From Chloroflexota bacterium (lineage in GTDB: Bacteria > Chloroflexota > UBA11872), in NCBI GenBank assembly GCA_022824865.1, contig JAJDZD010000069.1, positions 495-64,494 on the forward strand: DNA of 64,000 bases, in the 5' to 3' direction. Within the stretch, counting starts at the first letter, position 1; each line of letters starts with the position of its first letter. A model generated the notes under the pieces. That model was not told the DNA's origin. It worked only from the letters and a program-made list of their open reading frames with translations, and searched no databases. Shown here piece after piece: positions 17,010 to 29,713 of this stretch. The translations under genes were made by a program, and so were the position numbers.

Positions 17010-17873
17010 ATGCCGCGGAGCCGTGACGACGTGACCGCGGGGGCAAACCACCCTCTCGATGGGTTCGCCGCGCGTCTCTGGCGTGAGGCCGAGGAGAAGA
17101 AGTCCTGGGTGTGTCTGGGTCTTGACCTCGACCTGGAGCGTTTGCCTGCGGGCCTGCCGCGTTCGGTGGACGGTGCGCGTGCATTCCTGAACGAGGTCGT
17201 GGAGGCCTGCGCCGACGTGGTCGTGGCCTTCAAGCCGAACGTTCCGTTTTACCTGGCGCTGGGGCCAGACGGCTTGCGGCTGCTGCGTGACCTGCGCGAC
17301 GCAGTAGGCGACCGTGCGCTGCTACTCGCGGATAACAAAGTCGGCGATGTGTCCGACACGTCCGAGCGGTACGCCGACTTTCTATTCGACTACCTCGACG
17401 CCGATGCCATCACGTTCAATCCGTGGGGCGGTCGCGACGCAATCCAACCCTTGATAGAACGGCCCGATCGCGGTGCGTTTGCCTGGCTGCGCAGCAGCAA
17501 CCCAGGCGCGGACGACTTGCAGGGGCTGATGACCGGTCAGGGAGAGCCGGTGTACCTCCGACTGGCGAGGCGTATGGCTGAATGGAATGAGCTGGGAAAC
17601 CTTGGTGTCGTGGTTGGCGCAACCCGTCCCGAAGATGTTGGAACGGTTCGCAAACTCGCAGCTGGCATGCCAGTCCTTGCGCCGGGCGTTGGCGCACAGG
17701 GGGGAGCGCTCGAGGCCACGGTGAAGGCCGGGTTTGGGCCGGCGCCCGAGGGTGTGCTCATTAACGCCGGACGCTCAGCGCTCTGGGCGGGCGGTGGCCT
17801 GGACTATGCCGAGGCTGTGCGGACCAAGGTTGAGGAAATGCGGTCGGCGATCGAGGAGGCCCGACCGGGCTGA
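17010..17873 (+). CDS. pyrF: orotidine 5'-phosphate decarboxylase (long, type 2 form)
   Basis: 287 aa. KPNVPFY and LLADNKVGDV blocks and the length are typical of type 2 OMP decarboxylase. Confidence 0.8.
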   Translation: MPRSRDDVTAGANHPLDGFAARLWREAEEKKSWVCLGLDLDLERLPAGLPRSVDGARAFLNEVVEACADVVVAFKPNVPFYLALGPDGLRLLRDLRDAVGDRALLLADNKVGDVSDTSERYADFLFDYLDADAITFNPWGGRDAIQPLIERPDRGAFAWLRSSNPGADDLQGLMTGQGEPVYLRLARRMAEWNELGNLGVVVGATRPEDVGTVRKLAAGMPVLAPGVGAQGGALEATVKAGFGPAPEGVLINAGRSALWAGGGLDYAEAVRTKVEEMRSAIEEARPG

Positions 17874-17885
17874 CGAAGAGTCGGC

Positions 17886-18992
17886 TTACGCTTTAACCGG
17901 CCAGGCGCCGAGGACGCGTGTGAGCACGGTCGATTCGGCCAGGACGCACAGCGCGTCCTGGACGTGCGCATCGTCCGGGTGCCCCGTCATTTCCAGGAAA
18001 AAGATGTAGTCATCCGGTTTCAAGCGGGAGGGCCGCGACTGGATGAAGCTGAGATTCAAGTCGTGGTCGCGAAGGCAACTCAACACGTCGTGCAGTGCCC
18101 CCACGCGGTCGTGCACGGCAACCATCAGCGCCATCTTGTCGCGGCCGGTCCGCGCGGCGGGCTTGTCGCCAATCACGTAAAAGCGGGTGCGGTTCGAGGC
18201 AATGTCCTGGATGTCCTGGTGTAAGACTTCCAGGCCAAAGGCCTCCGCCGCGCTGAGCGGTCCAATGGCGGCGGCGTCCGGTTCGCAGCCTGCCCGCCGG
18301 GCGGCTTCCGCGGTGCTTGCCACTTCCATGATGGGCGTTGTGCCGAGATGTCGCTCGATCCAGCCACGGCACTGGGCGATGGCGTGTGGGTGCGAGAAGA
18401 CTCGGGCCCAGGCCGGTGCATCTGCGAGCGCCAACAGGTTGTGCGAGACCGGAAGCTGAATCTCCGCCTGGATATACACCATGCGGGTGACGAAGAGATC
18501 CAGCGTTTCGCCGATCGTGCCGCTGGTGGTGTTCTCGATGGGAACCACGCCGGAAACGCGCGGCGAGCGGTCGACGAAGTCGAAGATGTCTCGGAATGAA
18601 CTGAGCGGCGTCAGATCCGCGAGGCGTCCAAAGTACAGCTGCGCGGCCTGGTGGCTAAAGGTGTGGGGCGGGCCCAGGTAGCCGACCCGGGGTGGCTCCT
18701 CGAGGCTCCGTGACGCGGCCATAATCTCGCGGTAGATCGCCTGGATGTGATCGTCGTCGTACGGGCCCGGGTTGATTGCCGTGACCCGTGCCAACACATC
18801 GCGCTCTCGCCCGGGATCGAAGACGGGGGTTCCAGCGTCCGCCTTGCGGTGGCCGATTTTTCGGACAAGCTCGGCGCGCTGCCCGAGCAGCGTGACTAAT
18901 TCCTCATCCAGGGAGTCAATGTCGCGCCGCAGATCGTCAAGCGACTCAGACACCACAGACTCCGGGCAGGCGCAGGGGCGCGATGCTATCAC
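17886..18992 (-). CDS. pheA: bifunctional chorismate mutase / prephenate dehydratase (P-protein)
   Basis: N-terminal chorismate mutase helices (LRRDIDSLDEELVTLLGQRAELVRKIG). PDT domain (VGYLGPPHTFSHQAA, TSGT). C-terminal ACT domain with the ESRP-like IQSRPS motif. Confidence 0.85.
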   Translation of the reverse strand: MIASRPCACPESVVSESLDDLRRDIDSLDEELVTLLGQRAELVRKIGHRKADAGTPVFDPGRERDVLARVTAINPGPYDDDHIQAIYREIMAASRSLEEPPRVGYLGPPHTFSHQAAQLYFGRLADLTPLSSFRDIFDFVDRSPRVSGVVPIENTTSGTIGETLDLFVTRMVYIQAEIQLPVSHNLLALADAPAWARVFSHPHAIAQCRGWIERHLGTTPIMEVASTAEAARRAGCEPDAAAIGPLSAAEAFGLEVLHQDIQDIASNRTRFYVIGDKPAARTGRDKMALMVAVHDRVGALHDVLSCLRDHDLNLSFIQSRPSRLKPDDYIFFLEMTGHPDDAHVQDALCVLAESTVLTRVLGAWPVKA

Positions 18993-19022
18993 CGCACGGC
19001 CGTATATCAGCGAAGCGGCGAG

Positions 19023-20195
<1,173 letters not shown>

Positions 20196-20320
20196 TCCTC
20201 GGGGCGGCTCGGAGCCCGGTACCGCTGTAGCGTAGCGTCAACAGAGCATGTGCCTGTAGGGCGGCGTAAGATGCCGGATGCGCAGGCGCGATGTCCGCGT
20301 GGCTGGGTTAGGAGAGGCCG

Positions 20321-20764
20321 GTGATTGAGGAGACCGCGAGCGTTGAACTCATGGCGCCTGTCAATACCATCTGGCAGCTGGTGAGCACGATCAACGACTG
20401 GCAAAAGTGGAACACCACGATTGAGGACGCCGAGCGGCTCACCGCCGGCAATTGGGTGCCCGGTTTCCGGTTTCGCCAGAAGACCGGGCGAGAGCGGATG
20501 ACGTTCATTTACACGATCACCGAGGTCGACCTGGGCCACTCGGCCTCGTGGACCGGCAGCAAGGCCGGACTCACACGCGGCATGTCGATCGAACTTCGGC
20601 CGGTCGAGGGCGGGACGGGCGTCCGGATTCGGCAGACCGTTTCCGGTCCGCGCACGTTTGGACCACTGGGCTTCTTCGCGCGATTCAGCTTGCGTCGCAA
20701 CGTGCGCGGCTGGACGCAGGGCCTGCGCAAGGCGCTGGCCGAAATGCCCACGACGGCAGTCTGA
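20321..20764 (+). CDS. SRPBCC (START/Bet v1-like polyketide cyclase-dehydrase fold) family protein
   Basis: 147 aa. NTIWQLVSTINDWQKWN resembles the typical N-terminal helix-grip start. GTG start with AGGAGAGG RBS. Confidence 0.6.
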   Translation: MIEETASVELMAPVNTIWQLVSTINDWQKWNTTIEDAERLTAGNWVPGFRFRQKTGRERMTFIYTITEVDLGHSASWTGSKAGLTRGMSIELRPVEGGTGVRIRQTVSGPRTFGPLGFFARFSLRRNVRGWTQGLRKALAEMPTTAV

Positions 20765-20766
20765 GA

Positions 20767-21603
20767 ATGGCTGGCCCGACCGACCCGGCCGGGCTGCTGG
20801 ACGTTGCCGAGACGGCCGCCCGGGCCGCCGGTGCGGAGTTGCTGCGGAGCTTCGAATCCGAGCTACTGGGCGTGCAGTGGAAAACCTGGCAGGGCGAGCG
20901 CACGGTGGTGACCGATGCCGACTTCGCCGCCGACCGGGCCATTCGCGAGGTTCTGGCCCAGCGCGTTCCCGGTCACACGGTCTATTCGGAGGAGTTCGCC
21001 GACAACGAGGAGATCGACGGGCCTGACGTCTGGGTGATCGACCCGCTGGATGGCACCGACAATTACTCTCGAGGGCAACCGCAGTTTTGCGTGAGCGTGG
21101 CTCATACCAGCGACACACGGCCTGATGTCGCGGCGATTTACGACCCGGTGCGCGACGAGTTGTTTGCGGCCGTCGCCGATGGGCCTGCACGGCTCAATGG
21201 CCGGCCGATCCAGGTGACTGTACGGACCGATCCGTCCGAGAGCACCGTGGCGTGGGCGCAGCGTGGGATCGACGCAGAGGATGATCGCCGCTTTAACGCG
21301 GCGCTGGCCGAAGCAGCCCGCACATTTCACCGCGTGCGCCTTACCGGTTCCGCGGCGCTGGAGACAGCCTGGGTGGCGGCGGGTCGTTACGACGGCGCGA
21401 TGTTCAGCAGCGTCAAGTGGTGGGACCACGCCGGCGCCGGATTGTTGGTCCAACGAGCCGGCGGCCACGTCACGAACGTGCGGGGCCTTCCCGCCGGCCC
21501 TGAAAGCCGTCGCTGCATCTTCAGTAACGGCAAGATCCACGAGACGATTCTCCAGATCGCCGCTACTCACGGCCTCGAGCGGGCCTTCCCAATACACGGG
21601 TAG
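20767..21603 (+). CDS. inositol monophosphatase (IMPase/SuhB) family protein
   Basis: WVIDPLDGTDNY metal-binding motif and a later WDHAGAG block. ATG 20767 is 3 nt after the upstream stop. The track ORF starts inside the upstream gene. Confidence 0.8.
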   Translation: MAGPTDPAGLLDVAETAARAAGAELLRSFESELLGVQWKTWQGERTVVTDADFAADRAIREVLAQRVPGHTVYSEEFADNEEIDGPDVWVIDPLDGTDNYSRGQPQFCVSVAHTSDTRPDVAAIYDPVRDELFAAVADGPARLNGRPIQVTVRTDPSESTVAWAQRGIDAEDDRRFNAALAEAARTFHRVRLTGSAALETAWVAAGRYDGAMFSSVKWWDHAGAGLLVQRAGGHVTNVRGLPAGPESRRCIFSNGKIHETILQIAATHGLERAFPIHG

Positions 21604-21657
21604 CCCAACGTAGTGCCGGGCTAAACCGGCCGGCAGTTCCCCCTCCGCCCGTTACGG

Positions 21658-22785
21658 TCAGGCCTGCGCGGCTTCCTCCCGTTGACGCAGGATGGCTCGC
21701 GGGAGCTCGCTGCGGACGACCTCGCCGGAGATGATCTGCAGGCTTCGGTCGGCCAAAGGCAATTCGACCGGCTGGTTGCCGCGTCGCTCGGACTCGCGGA
21801 TGGCGATGGCGATTTCCAGGGCCTCGCGCGCGTCTTCGCCGCTACACCGCGGATCGTCACCCGACTCACTGCAGTGGATCAGGTCGCGAACTGCGTTCAC
21901 GCCGCCGCTGTGGCGACGTACGGGCGGCGGGAAGTGGCGGCGGACGAAGGTGCCGCGCTCTCGAAGCTGCTGGTGGCCGTCCAGGGCCTGGTGCGCCGTC
22001 CAGATCTGGATGCTGCGGGCGTCGTTGATGATGCGGATCATGCCGTCCGTGCCCACGATGTCGTGGGAGCTTTCGTTGGGCCCGTTGTCGTAGGCCCGAA
22101 CGTAGCCGCGCACGTTGCCGGGAAACCTGATGAGACCGACGCCGGGAAAGTCGTTGTCGGGATTGGCTTCGTCGAGTTCAGCCTCGCCGACGACCGATAC
22201 GGCGCGCTCGGGGACGTACATGGTGAGCGTGGTAATCAGGTGGCTGCCGTTGTGCGAGAGGCCGCACCTGGACCGTGAATCCACGGATACGACGTCGCCG
22301 ATGACACCTTCGTCAAGCAGTGCCTTGACTTGCACGTAGTCGTCGCGCCAGCGGCGGGTGCAGTTGATCCCAAGCGCAATGTTGGCGCGCTTGCAGGCGT
22401 CAACAACGGCATCGGCCTCCGCCAGTGAGAGTGTGATTGGCTTCTCCGCCCAGATGGCGCGTACGCCGTAATCGCCGTTGGCGATCTCAAGCAGGATGTC
22501 GGCGCGCGGCTTGGCGGAGGTGCAGACGCTGACGATGTCGGGGCGGGTTTCCTCCAACATCTGGCGATAGTCGGCGTAGAGGGCGTCGAAACTCCACTTG
22601 GCGCCGGCGGCTTCGCGCTGCTCGACCCAGGTGTCGGACATGCCGACGACTTCAATCTCGGGCATGGACATGTAGCAGGGGATGTGGCCGTAGGGGAACT
22701 CGACGCCGTCGAAGTCGCCGAGCTCTTCGTCGATGGTGCTGGCGATGCGTCCGAGCCCAATCACCGCCGCTTTGACTTTAGCCAT
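21658..22785 (-). CDS. Gfo/Idh/MocA family NAD(P)-dependent oxidoreductase
   Basis: N-terminal KAAVIGLGRIAS Rossmann motif and C-terminal alpha/beta domain. Paralogous to the gene immediately upstream. Its ATG overlaps the upstream stop (TAATG). Confidence 0.8.
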   Translation of the reverse strand: MAKVKAAVIGLGRIASTIDEELGDFDGVEFPYGHIPCYMSMPEIEVVGMSDTWVEQREAAGAKWSFDALYADYRQMLEETRPDIVSVCTSAKPRADILLEIANGDYGVRAIWAEKPITLSLAEADAVVDACKRANIALGINCTRRWRDDYVQVKALLDEGVIGDVVSVDSRSRCGLSHNGSHLITTLTMYVPERAVSVVGEAELDEANPDNDFPGVGLIRFPGNVRGYVRAYDNGPNESSHDIVGTDGMIRIINDARSIQIWTAHQALDGHQQLRERGTFVRRHFPPPVRRHSGGVNAVRDLIHCSESGDDPRCSGEDAREALEIAIAIRESERRGNQPVELPLADRSLQIISGEVVRSELPRAILRQREEAAQA

Positions 22786-23915
22786 TACGACGCCTCCCCT
22801 GCCTGCGCGGCGGCTTCGGCTTCCTGCCGCCGGAGAATCGCGCGCGGAAGCTCCGAGACCAGCACCTCGCGCGAGACGATGCCGAGGCTGCGGTCTTCAA
22901 GGGGCAGATCAACACGGCCGCCCCCCTTGCGGTGCGATTCGCGGACGGCGAGGGCGATTTCGAGGGCTTCGCGGGCGTCTTCGCCGGTGCAACGCGAGTC
23001 CTCGCCGGTTTCGATGCAGTTCATCAGGTCGTACAGCACGTTCACGCCGGCCGGCCGCGGGCTGTGGCTGGGCCTGAAGAAGTGGCGGACGGGCCCGGGG
23101 CCGCGCTGGCCTGGCATGCCGTCTTCGATCCGCCACAACTCGGGGCTGCGGCTGTCGTCCATCAGGCGGATCATGCCGTCCGTGCCGGTGATGTCGTAGG
23201 AAAGTTCCAGCCCGCCCGTGCGCATGCCGCGGAACATGCCGCGCACGCCGTTGTGGCAGACGAAGTAGCCGGTGCCGGCAAAATCGTCCTCGCCGGCCAC
23301 GGCCTCATCGCTTTCGGCCTCGCCGGCAACCCAGGCGACCGGCGCATCGGTGAACATAGTGAGGCGCGTAATCAGGTGACTGCCGTTGTGGGACAGATTG
23401 CAATTGAGGCCGCCTTGGACGTGCAGGACGTCGCCGATGAGGCTGTCGTCGATCATTTCGCGTGTCTGCGTGAAACTGTCGCGCCAGCGGTGGGTGCAGT
23501 TGACGGCCAGGTGAATGCCGGCCTTGCGACAGGCGGCGATCACTTGGTCAGCCTGCTCCAGCGAATAGGTCAGGGGCTTCTCGGCCCAGATGGCCTGGAC
23601 GCCATAGTCGCCATTCGCGATTTCAAGCAAGATCTCGGTGCGGGGCTTCATGGACGTACAGATGCTGACGATTTGCGGCCGGGTCTCGCTCAGCATCTCC
23701 CGGTAGTCCTCAAAGAGGGCGTCGATGCCCCACTTGGCGCGGGCCGCCTGGCGCTGCTCGGCCCACGTATCCGAGAGGCCGACGATTTCGAGTTCGGGGA
23801 CGGCAGCCATGCAGCCGATATGGGCGTGCGGGAGGTGCCAGCCGTCGTACTTGCTGCGCTCTTCGTCCCAGGTGCTTGCGATTCGGCCAAGCCCGATCAC
23901 AGCGGCTCGTGTCAT
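22785..23915 (-). CDS. Gfo/Idh/MocA family NAD(P)-dependent oxidoreductase (tandem paralogue)
   Basis: TRAAVIGLGRIAST motif. Collinear similarity to 21658-22785 across the whole length, including the ELPRAILR..EAAAQA C-termini. I chose the start at MTRAAVIG (ATG 23915). Confidence 0.8.
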   Translation of the reverse strand: MTRAAVIGLGRIASTWDEERSKYDGWHLPHAHIGCMAAVPELEIVGLSDTWAEQRQAARAKWGIDALFEDYREMLSETRPQIVSICTSMKPRTEILLEIANGDYGVQAIWAEKPLTYSLEQADQVIAACRKAGIHLAVNCTHRWRDSFTQTREMIDDSLIGDVLHVQGGLNCNLSHNGSHLITRLTMFTDAPVAWVAGEAESDEAVAGEDDFAGTGYFVCHNGVRGMFRGMRTGGLELSYDITGTDGMIRLMDDSRSPELWRIEDGMPGQRGPGPVRHFFRPSHSPRPAGVNVLYDLMNCIETGEDSRCTGEDAREALEIALAVRESHRKGGGRVDLPLEDRSLGIVSREVLVSELPRAILRRQEAEAAAQAGEAS

Positions 23916-23996
23916 GGGCGCGTGCCTTTCCGTCGACGCTGTGGGGCAGAGTATGACGCGTGCGGGCGACGTTTGCATCTCCGGCGGAAGGCGTTA

Positions 23997-24850
23997 TGAA
24001 CATGTGGCGGGTTTGGCCTCACTGGCGGGCGACGCTAGCCGTGCTAGTGCTGAGCATGGTCGCCTCCTGCGATGGAGCGGAAGCGCCCGCACCGACCCCT
24101 ACCCCGGTTGGCCCGGCGCTGCCTGTGCTGACAAACCGGGACTGGCCACTGGCCCACGCGGATCCTTCGGCCGTCGTCGGGCGGCGCGTTGTGCTTCGGG
24201 CCCGTGTGTACAGCGCTTCCAAGGTCGCTGACGATCTGATGCTGTGCGCTTGGGTCGACTTCGACAGCGACCAGCTTTCGACTGTGTTCAGGATTCTGGG
24301 CGCCGTTGAGGGCGTCGAGCGAGACGATTTCGTCTGGGTGGAAGGCGTCGTATCACCCGTTGCGGCGGTGGAAACTGGGTGCGCCAAGTTCGGGGAACCA
24401 GAAGTCGAAGTCACGCACTTGACGGTTACGGACCGCGTGGGAATACGTCCGGCGCTGCGATCAATTCAGGTAGGCCAGGTTCTCGAACGACGAGGCGTCC
24501 GAATCGTCTTGGAGCGGGTTGAATTTGCCGCGGAGGAGACGCGAATCTACTTCACGTTGGAAAACCGGCGCGACGAGACGCTGCTGGCCTTCGCGACGGG
24601 CCTTCGTATCGAGATCGGTGGAAGTGAGCTGGCCGCGATTATTCCTATCGGCCAGGGCATCCCCGCGCCACGCGGGCGAGTCGCTTCGGGGGGCATTGAG
24701 CACGGGGGATTCCAATTCCCCGTGGTGGAACAGGGCGGGCCGCCGATCACGGTGCGCTGGCGCGGTGTGCGCATGGAGCCTTCCGGTGAAGAGATCGGCG
24801 AGTGGACATGGGTGGTGGACCCGGCCGGGGCCATTGCGCCCGAGGGTTAG
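23997..24850 (+). CDS. hypothetical lipoprotein
   Basis: Signal peptide with lipobox (LVLSMVASCDG). Diverse soluble domain with no recognisable family. GGAAGG RBS before ATG 23997. Confidence 0.5.
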
Positions 24851-25007
24851 CCGGGGTGGGCATCAGTGAGCTTCAGTTGCCAGACCTGGGGTGGCTCGGA
24901 GGCAGACGCGTCGGTCTATTGGCCTGACGTGACCCTCGGCGGAAATTGCCCGATGCGGCCCGCCGGCCGCCGGCGCGCCCGGGGTTGAAACTTCGCAGTC
25001 AATCCCG

Positions 25008-25048
25008 AGGACTTAAACCAACCGTCCCGCCGACCTGGGCCGGCGGGG
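25008..25048 (-). terminator. putative intrinsic terminator downstream of groEL, possibly bidirectional
   Basis: GC-rich hairpin CCCGCCG-loop-CGGCGGG at 25026-25047. On the minus strand it is followed by TTGGTTTAAG. It lies between convergent genes. Confidence 0.4.
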
Positions 25049-25073
25049 CGGTTGAGCGTTCCGAATTGTGGAC

Positions 25074-26702
<1,629 letters not shown>

Positions 26703-26913
26703 ACTGTCGTCCCTTTCGACCCGGCTGACCGCCAGCAGGATGCGTCGGTCTTCGTGTGGGGGTCGTGTCTGGTCCGCCAGTCAGACGCCGCGCACCGAGT
26801 TTTCCGGGACGCGCGCTGACGCGGATCGAATCAATCGCGTTAGCAGCCCATTGTAGGGATCGGCCAAAACGAGCGTCAAGAGATTCCGCCGTTGCCGCGG
26901 CGCGCTTCCGACG

Positions 26914-28176
26914 CTACGCGGCGCCGGAATCCTCAGGTTCCGGCAGCTCGCGCAGCGACCGAATGGGTGAGAGGAACAGCCAGACCGCAACGGCCAGTTC
27001 AAGCCCGGCGGCGACAAAAAGCATCGGCCGCATGCCAACGACTTCAGCTAAAGCCCCACCAACGAGTGCACCGAGCGGGACCAGTCCAATCTCCAGGGTA
27101 TTCATGATGCCGTTCATGCGGCCCTGAAGCCGAAGCGGTGTGCTTGCCTGCCGCAGGCTGCCTTGGCAGACCCCGTACACCGTGGCGCCGATGCCGAACA
27201 GAAACATTGAAGTGGTAAGCAACACGACGACGGCTGCGAGCGGCCCTCCGGCGAGAGGGGTGACCAAGTCGCTCAACGCCGCAATGACGACTGCGACGAT
27301 CATGGCCGGACCGGCGCCCAACCAGCGGATGAGCCGTTCCGCGGTGAAGGCCCCGACCATGAATCCCACGCTGCTGACCGCAAACAGGAAGCCAAAGGCC
27401 AGCGGTTCGACGTTGAGTTGCTTGTTGACGTAAAGCAGCCACACGGCCTCGAACATCGCGTTGAAGACGGCGATTCCCCCGACGGCGACGGCGATGGCAA
27501 GCAGAATCCGGTTCCGGCCGACCACGGCCAGGCCTTCGCGGGCCTGCGTGAGGAAGCTGTCGCCGGTCGCAGACGTTGCCGGTTCAGCCTCCTTGAGGCG
27601 AATTCCTCGAAGCGCCAGCGCTGAGACCACAAAGGTCACAGCGTCGACGACCAGGGCAACAGGTGCGGTGGCGACGTGGATCAGCACTCCCGCAACGCCC
27701 GGGCCGGCAACCTGCGAAGCCGACGTGCCGATCGCGAGCTTGCTGTTGGCTTCCACCAACTTCTCCCGCGAAACCAGCGACGGCAGGATCGACCTATTGG
27801 CGACTCCAAAGAACATCCCCAGCGTGCCGGTACCAAGGGCCACGGCGTAGAGGTGTTCGATCGTGAGAATCTCGAACCATGCGGCGACCGGGACGGAGAG
27901 CAGCAGCAGCGCGCGTCCGTAGTCGGCAACGATCATCACCCGGCGCTTCCTGAGCCGGTCGACCCAGACGCCCACGCCCACCCCAAATGCGAGCGACGGC
28001 AGGCCGCCGATGGCCGCCAGGATGCCCATCTGCAGCGGCGAAGCATCCAGCACCAGCACCGCCGTGAGCGGTAGCGCCAGAAAGGTGATCTGCGATCCGA
28101 AGGCTGAGACGGTCCCGCCAACCCACAGCTTCAGGAAGTTGGGGTGGCGCCAGAGACCCTGAGGACGAAAAGGCAT
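26914..28176 (-). CDS. MFS transporter (DHA3/EntS-like)
   Basis: 420 aa with about 12 hydrophobic helices and an MFS-type RLRKRR cytoplasmic loop. Confidence 0.8.
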   Translation of the reverse strand: MPFRPQGLWRHPNFLKLWVGGTVSAFGSQITFLALPLTAVLVLDASPLQMGILAAIGGLPSLAFGVGVGVWVDRLRKRRVMIVADYGRALLLLSVPVAAWFEILTIEHLYAVALGTGTLGMFFGVANRSILPSLVSREKLVEANSKLAIGTSASQVAGPGVAGVLIHVATAPVALVVDAVTFVVSALALRGIRLKEAEPATSATGDSFLTQAREGLAVVGRNRILLAIAVAVGGIAVFNAMFEAVWLLYVNKQLNVEPLAFGFLFAVSSVGFMVGAFTAERLIRWLGAGPAMIVAVVIAALSDLVTPLAGGPLAAVVVLLTTSMFLFGIGATVYGVCQGSLRQASTPLRLQGRMNGIMNTLEIGLVPLGALVGGALAEVVGMRPMLFVAAGLELAVAVWLFLSPIRSLRELPEPEDSGAA

Positions 28177-28344
28177 AGGGCACCGTTATCCTTTCCCGCC
28201 CTGGGGTGCCGGTAGTCACAATGGTCATGGCGGCCCTGTTCGCGCGCCGTACCGGCAAGCGTCGATCCTAACGAGGCTGGGCGAACGACGAAAACACGCG
28301 GCTGACATTGCCCAGTGACTACCGCAATCCCTTATCTTTGCGCT

Positions 28345-28785
28345 ATGCCGTTTCACCTGACCCGTGCCCAGTACGACCAGATCGTCGGCCAGGCGCGCGA
28401 CGAGGCGCCCCTGGAGTGCTGCGGTCTGATTGGCGGGCAGGACGACTTTGCCCTGAAGCTCTACCCCGCCCGCAACGCCGACCAGAGCCGCGTGCACTAC
28501 ACCATCGATCCGCGCGATATGCTCAACGCCACCCGCGACATCGAAGACGTGCAGGGCTGGGACATCTCGGCTTTCTACCACTCCCACCCACGCAGCGACG
28601 CCTACCCTTCGCCAACGGACGTGCGCGAGGCTGTTGAGTCCGGCTACTCCGAGTACAGCCGCTTCATCATCGTCTCGCTCATGAACCCCGATCGGCCGGT
28701 GATGCGCTGCTTCTGGTTGCGCGGTGGGGCGATCAGCGAGGAGCCGCTGGTCGTCATCGAACCAACGGACGACAAAGGCACGTAG
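28345..28785 (+). CDS. Mov34/MPN/JAMM-family metalloprotease domain protein
   Basis: The ECCGLIGG block, then HSHPRSDAYPSPTD, match the JAMM E...HxH...S..D zinc motif. I chose ATG 28345. The track starts at GTG 28315. Confidence 0.7.
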   Translation: MPFHLTRAQYDQIVGQARDEAPLECCGLIGGQDDFALKLYPARNADQSRVHYTIDPRDMLNATRDIEDVQGWDISAFYHSHPRSDAYPSPTDVREAVESGYSEYSRFIIVSLMNPDRPVMRCFWLRGGAISEEPLVVIEPTDDKGT

Positions 28786-28794
28786 GATTCGAGC

Positions 28795-29661
28795 ATGGCC
28801 ACCGCCGTCTACCAGCCGTCCATAGACCTTGAGGCCTCGCTCGAGGCCAAGACGCAGTTCCTGCGGCGGACGATTGGCGGTCTAAAAAGTGCAGTCGTCG
28901 CCTATTCAGGGGGTGTCGACAGCACGTTTCTGGCGAGAGTGACCTACGACAGCCTGGGGGATGAGGCCCTAGCTGTCACCGCCGTGTCTCCCAGTCTGGC
29001 CGAGGCCGAGCGCGACGATGCCGCCCGGTTTGCCGCCCAGATCGGTATCCGGCACGAATTCATCGAAACCCGGGAACTGGAGAATCCGGAATACCGGGCT
29101 AACGACAGTTCCCGCTGCTTCCACTGCAAGGCCGAGTTGTTCGATCGGCTGCGCGAGTTCGTGGCCGAGCGCGACGTGCAGCACATGCTGTATGGGCCCG
29201 TGGTGGACGACCTGGGAGACTTCCGTCCCGGCATGGCCGCCAGCCGCGAGCGCGGCGCTCGCGCGCCTCTGGTCGAAGCCGGCCTGCGCAAGGCCGAGGT
29301 CCGTGAGCTTTCCCGCCGTCTCGGCCTGCCCAGCTGGGACAAGCCGGCGGTAGCCTGTCTGTCGTCACGCGTTGCCTACGGCAGCGAGGTCACCGTGGAG
29401 AAGCTGCGGCAGATCGAAGCCGGCGAGGCTCTGCTGCGCGCCGAAGGCTTCCGCGAACTGCGTGTCCGCCACCACGGTTCGATTGCCCGCATCGAAGTTC
29501 CCGAGTCCGAACTGGCCCGACTTACTCAGGACTCCGAGCGCCGGCAGCGCGTCATCGAGGGCCTGAAGTCGCTTGGCTTTACCTACGTCACGCTGGACTT
29601 GCAGGGCTTCCGCTCCGGCGCCATGAACGAAGCGCTGCCCGTAGTTGCCACCGAGCAGTAA
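28795..29661 (+). CDS. PP-loop ATP pyrophosphatase of the LarE / TIGR00268 family (ATP-dependent sulfur-transferase-like)
   Basis: VAYSGGVDST is the PP-loop SGGxDS motif. Conserved Cys (CLSSRVAY) and CFHCK motifs are present. Length is 288 aa. Confidence 0.75.
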   Translation: MATAVYQPSIDLEASLEAKTQFLRRTIGGLKSAVVAYSGGVDSTFLARVTYDSLGDEALAVTAVSPSLAEAERDDAARFAAQIGIRHEFIETRELENPEYRANDSSRCFHCKAELFDRLREFVAERDVQHMLYGPVVDDLGDFRPGMAASRERGARAPLVEAGLRKAEVRELSRRLGLPSWDKPAVACLSSRVAYGSEVTVEKLRQIEAGEALLRAEGFRELRVRHHGSIARIEVPESELARLTQDSERRQRVIEGLKSLGFTYVTLDLQGFRSGAMNEALPVVATEQ

Positions 29662-29713
29662 CCGAAGACGCGACGCGAGAGTTAACCACGCGGTCTCAAA
29701 GCAAGGAGCGGTC

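Noticed and set aside
26703-26910. CIRCE (HrcA) or HAIR (HspR) heat-shock operator upstream of groEL
   Set aside because: Only a TTAGCAGCC half-like element is present. There is no matching inverted arm at N9 spacing.
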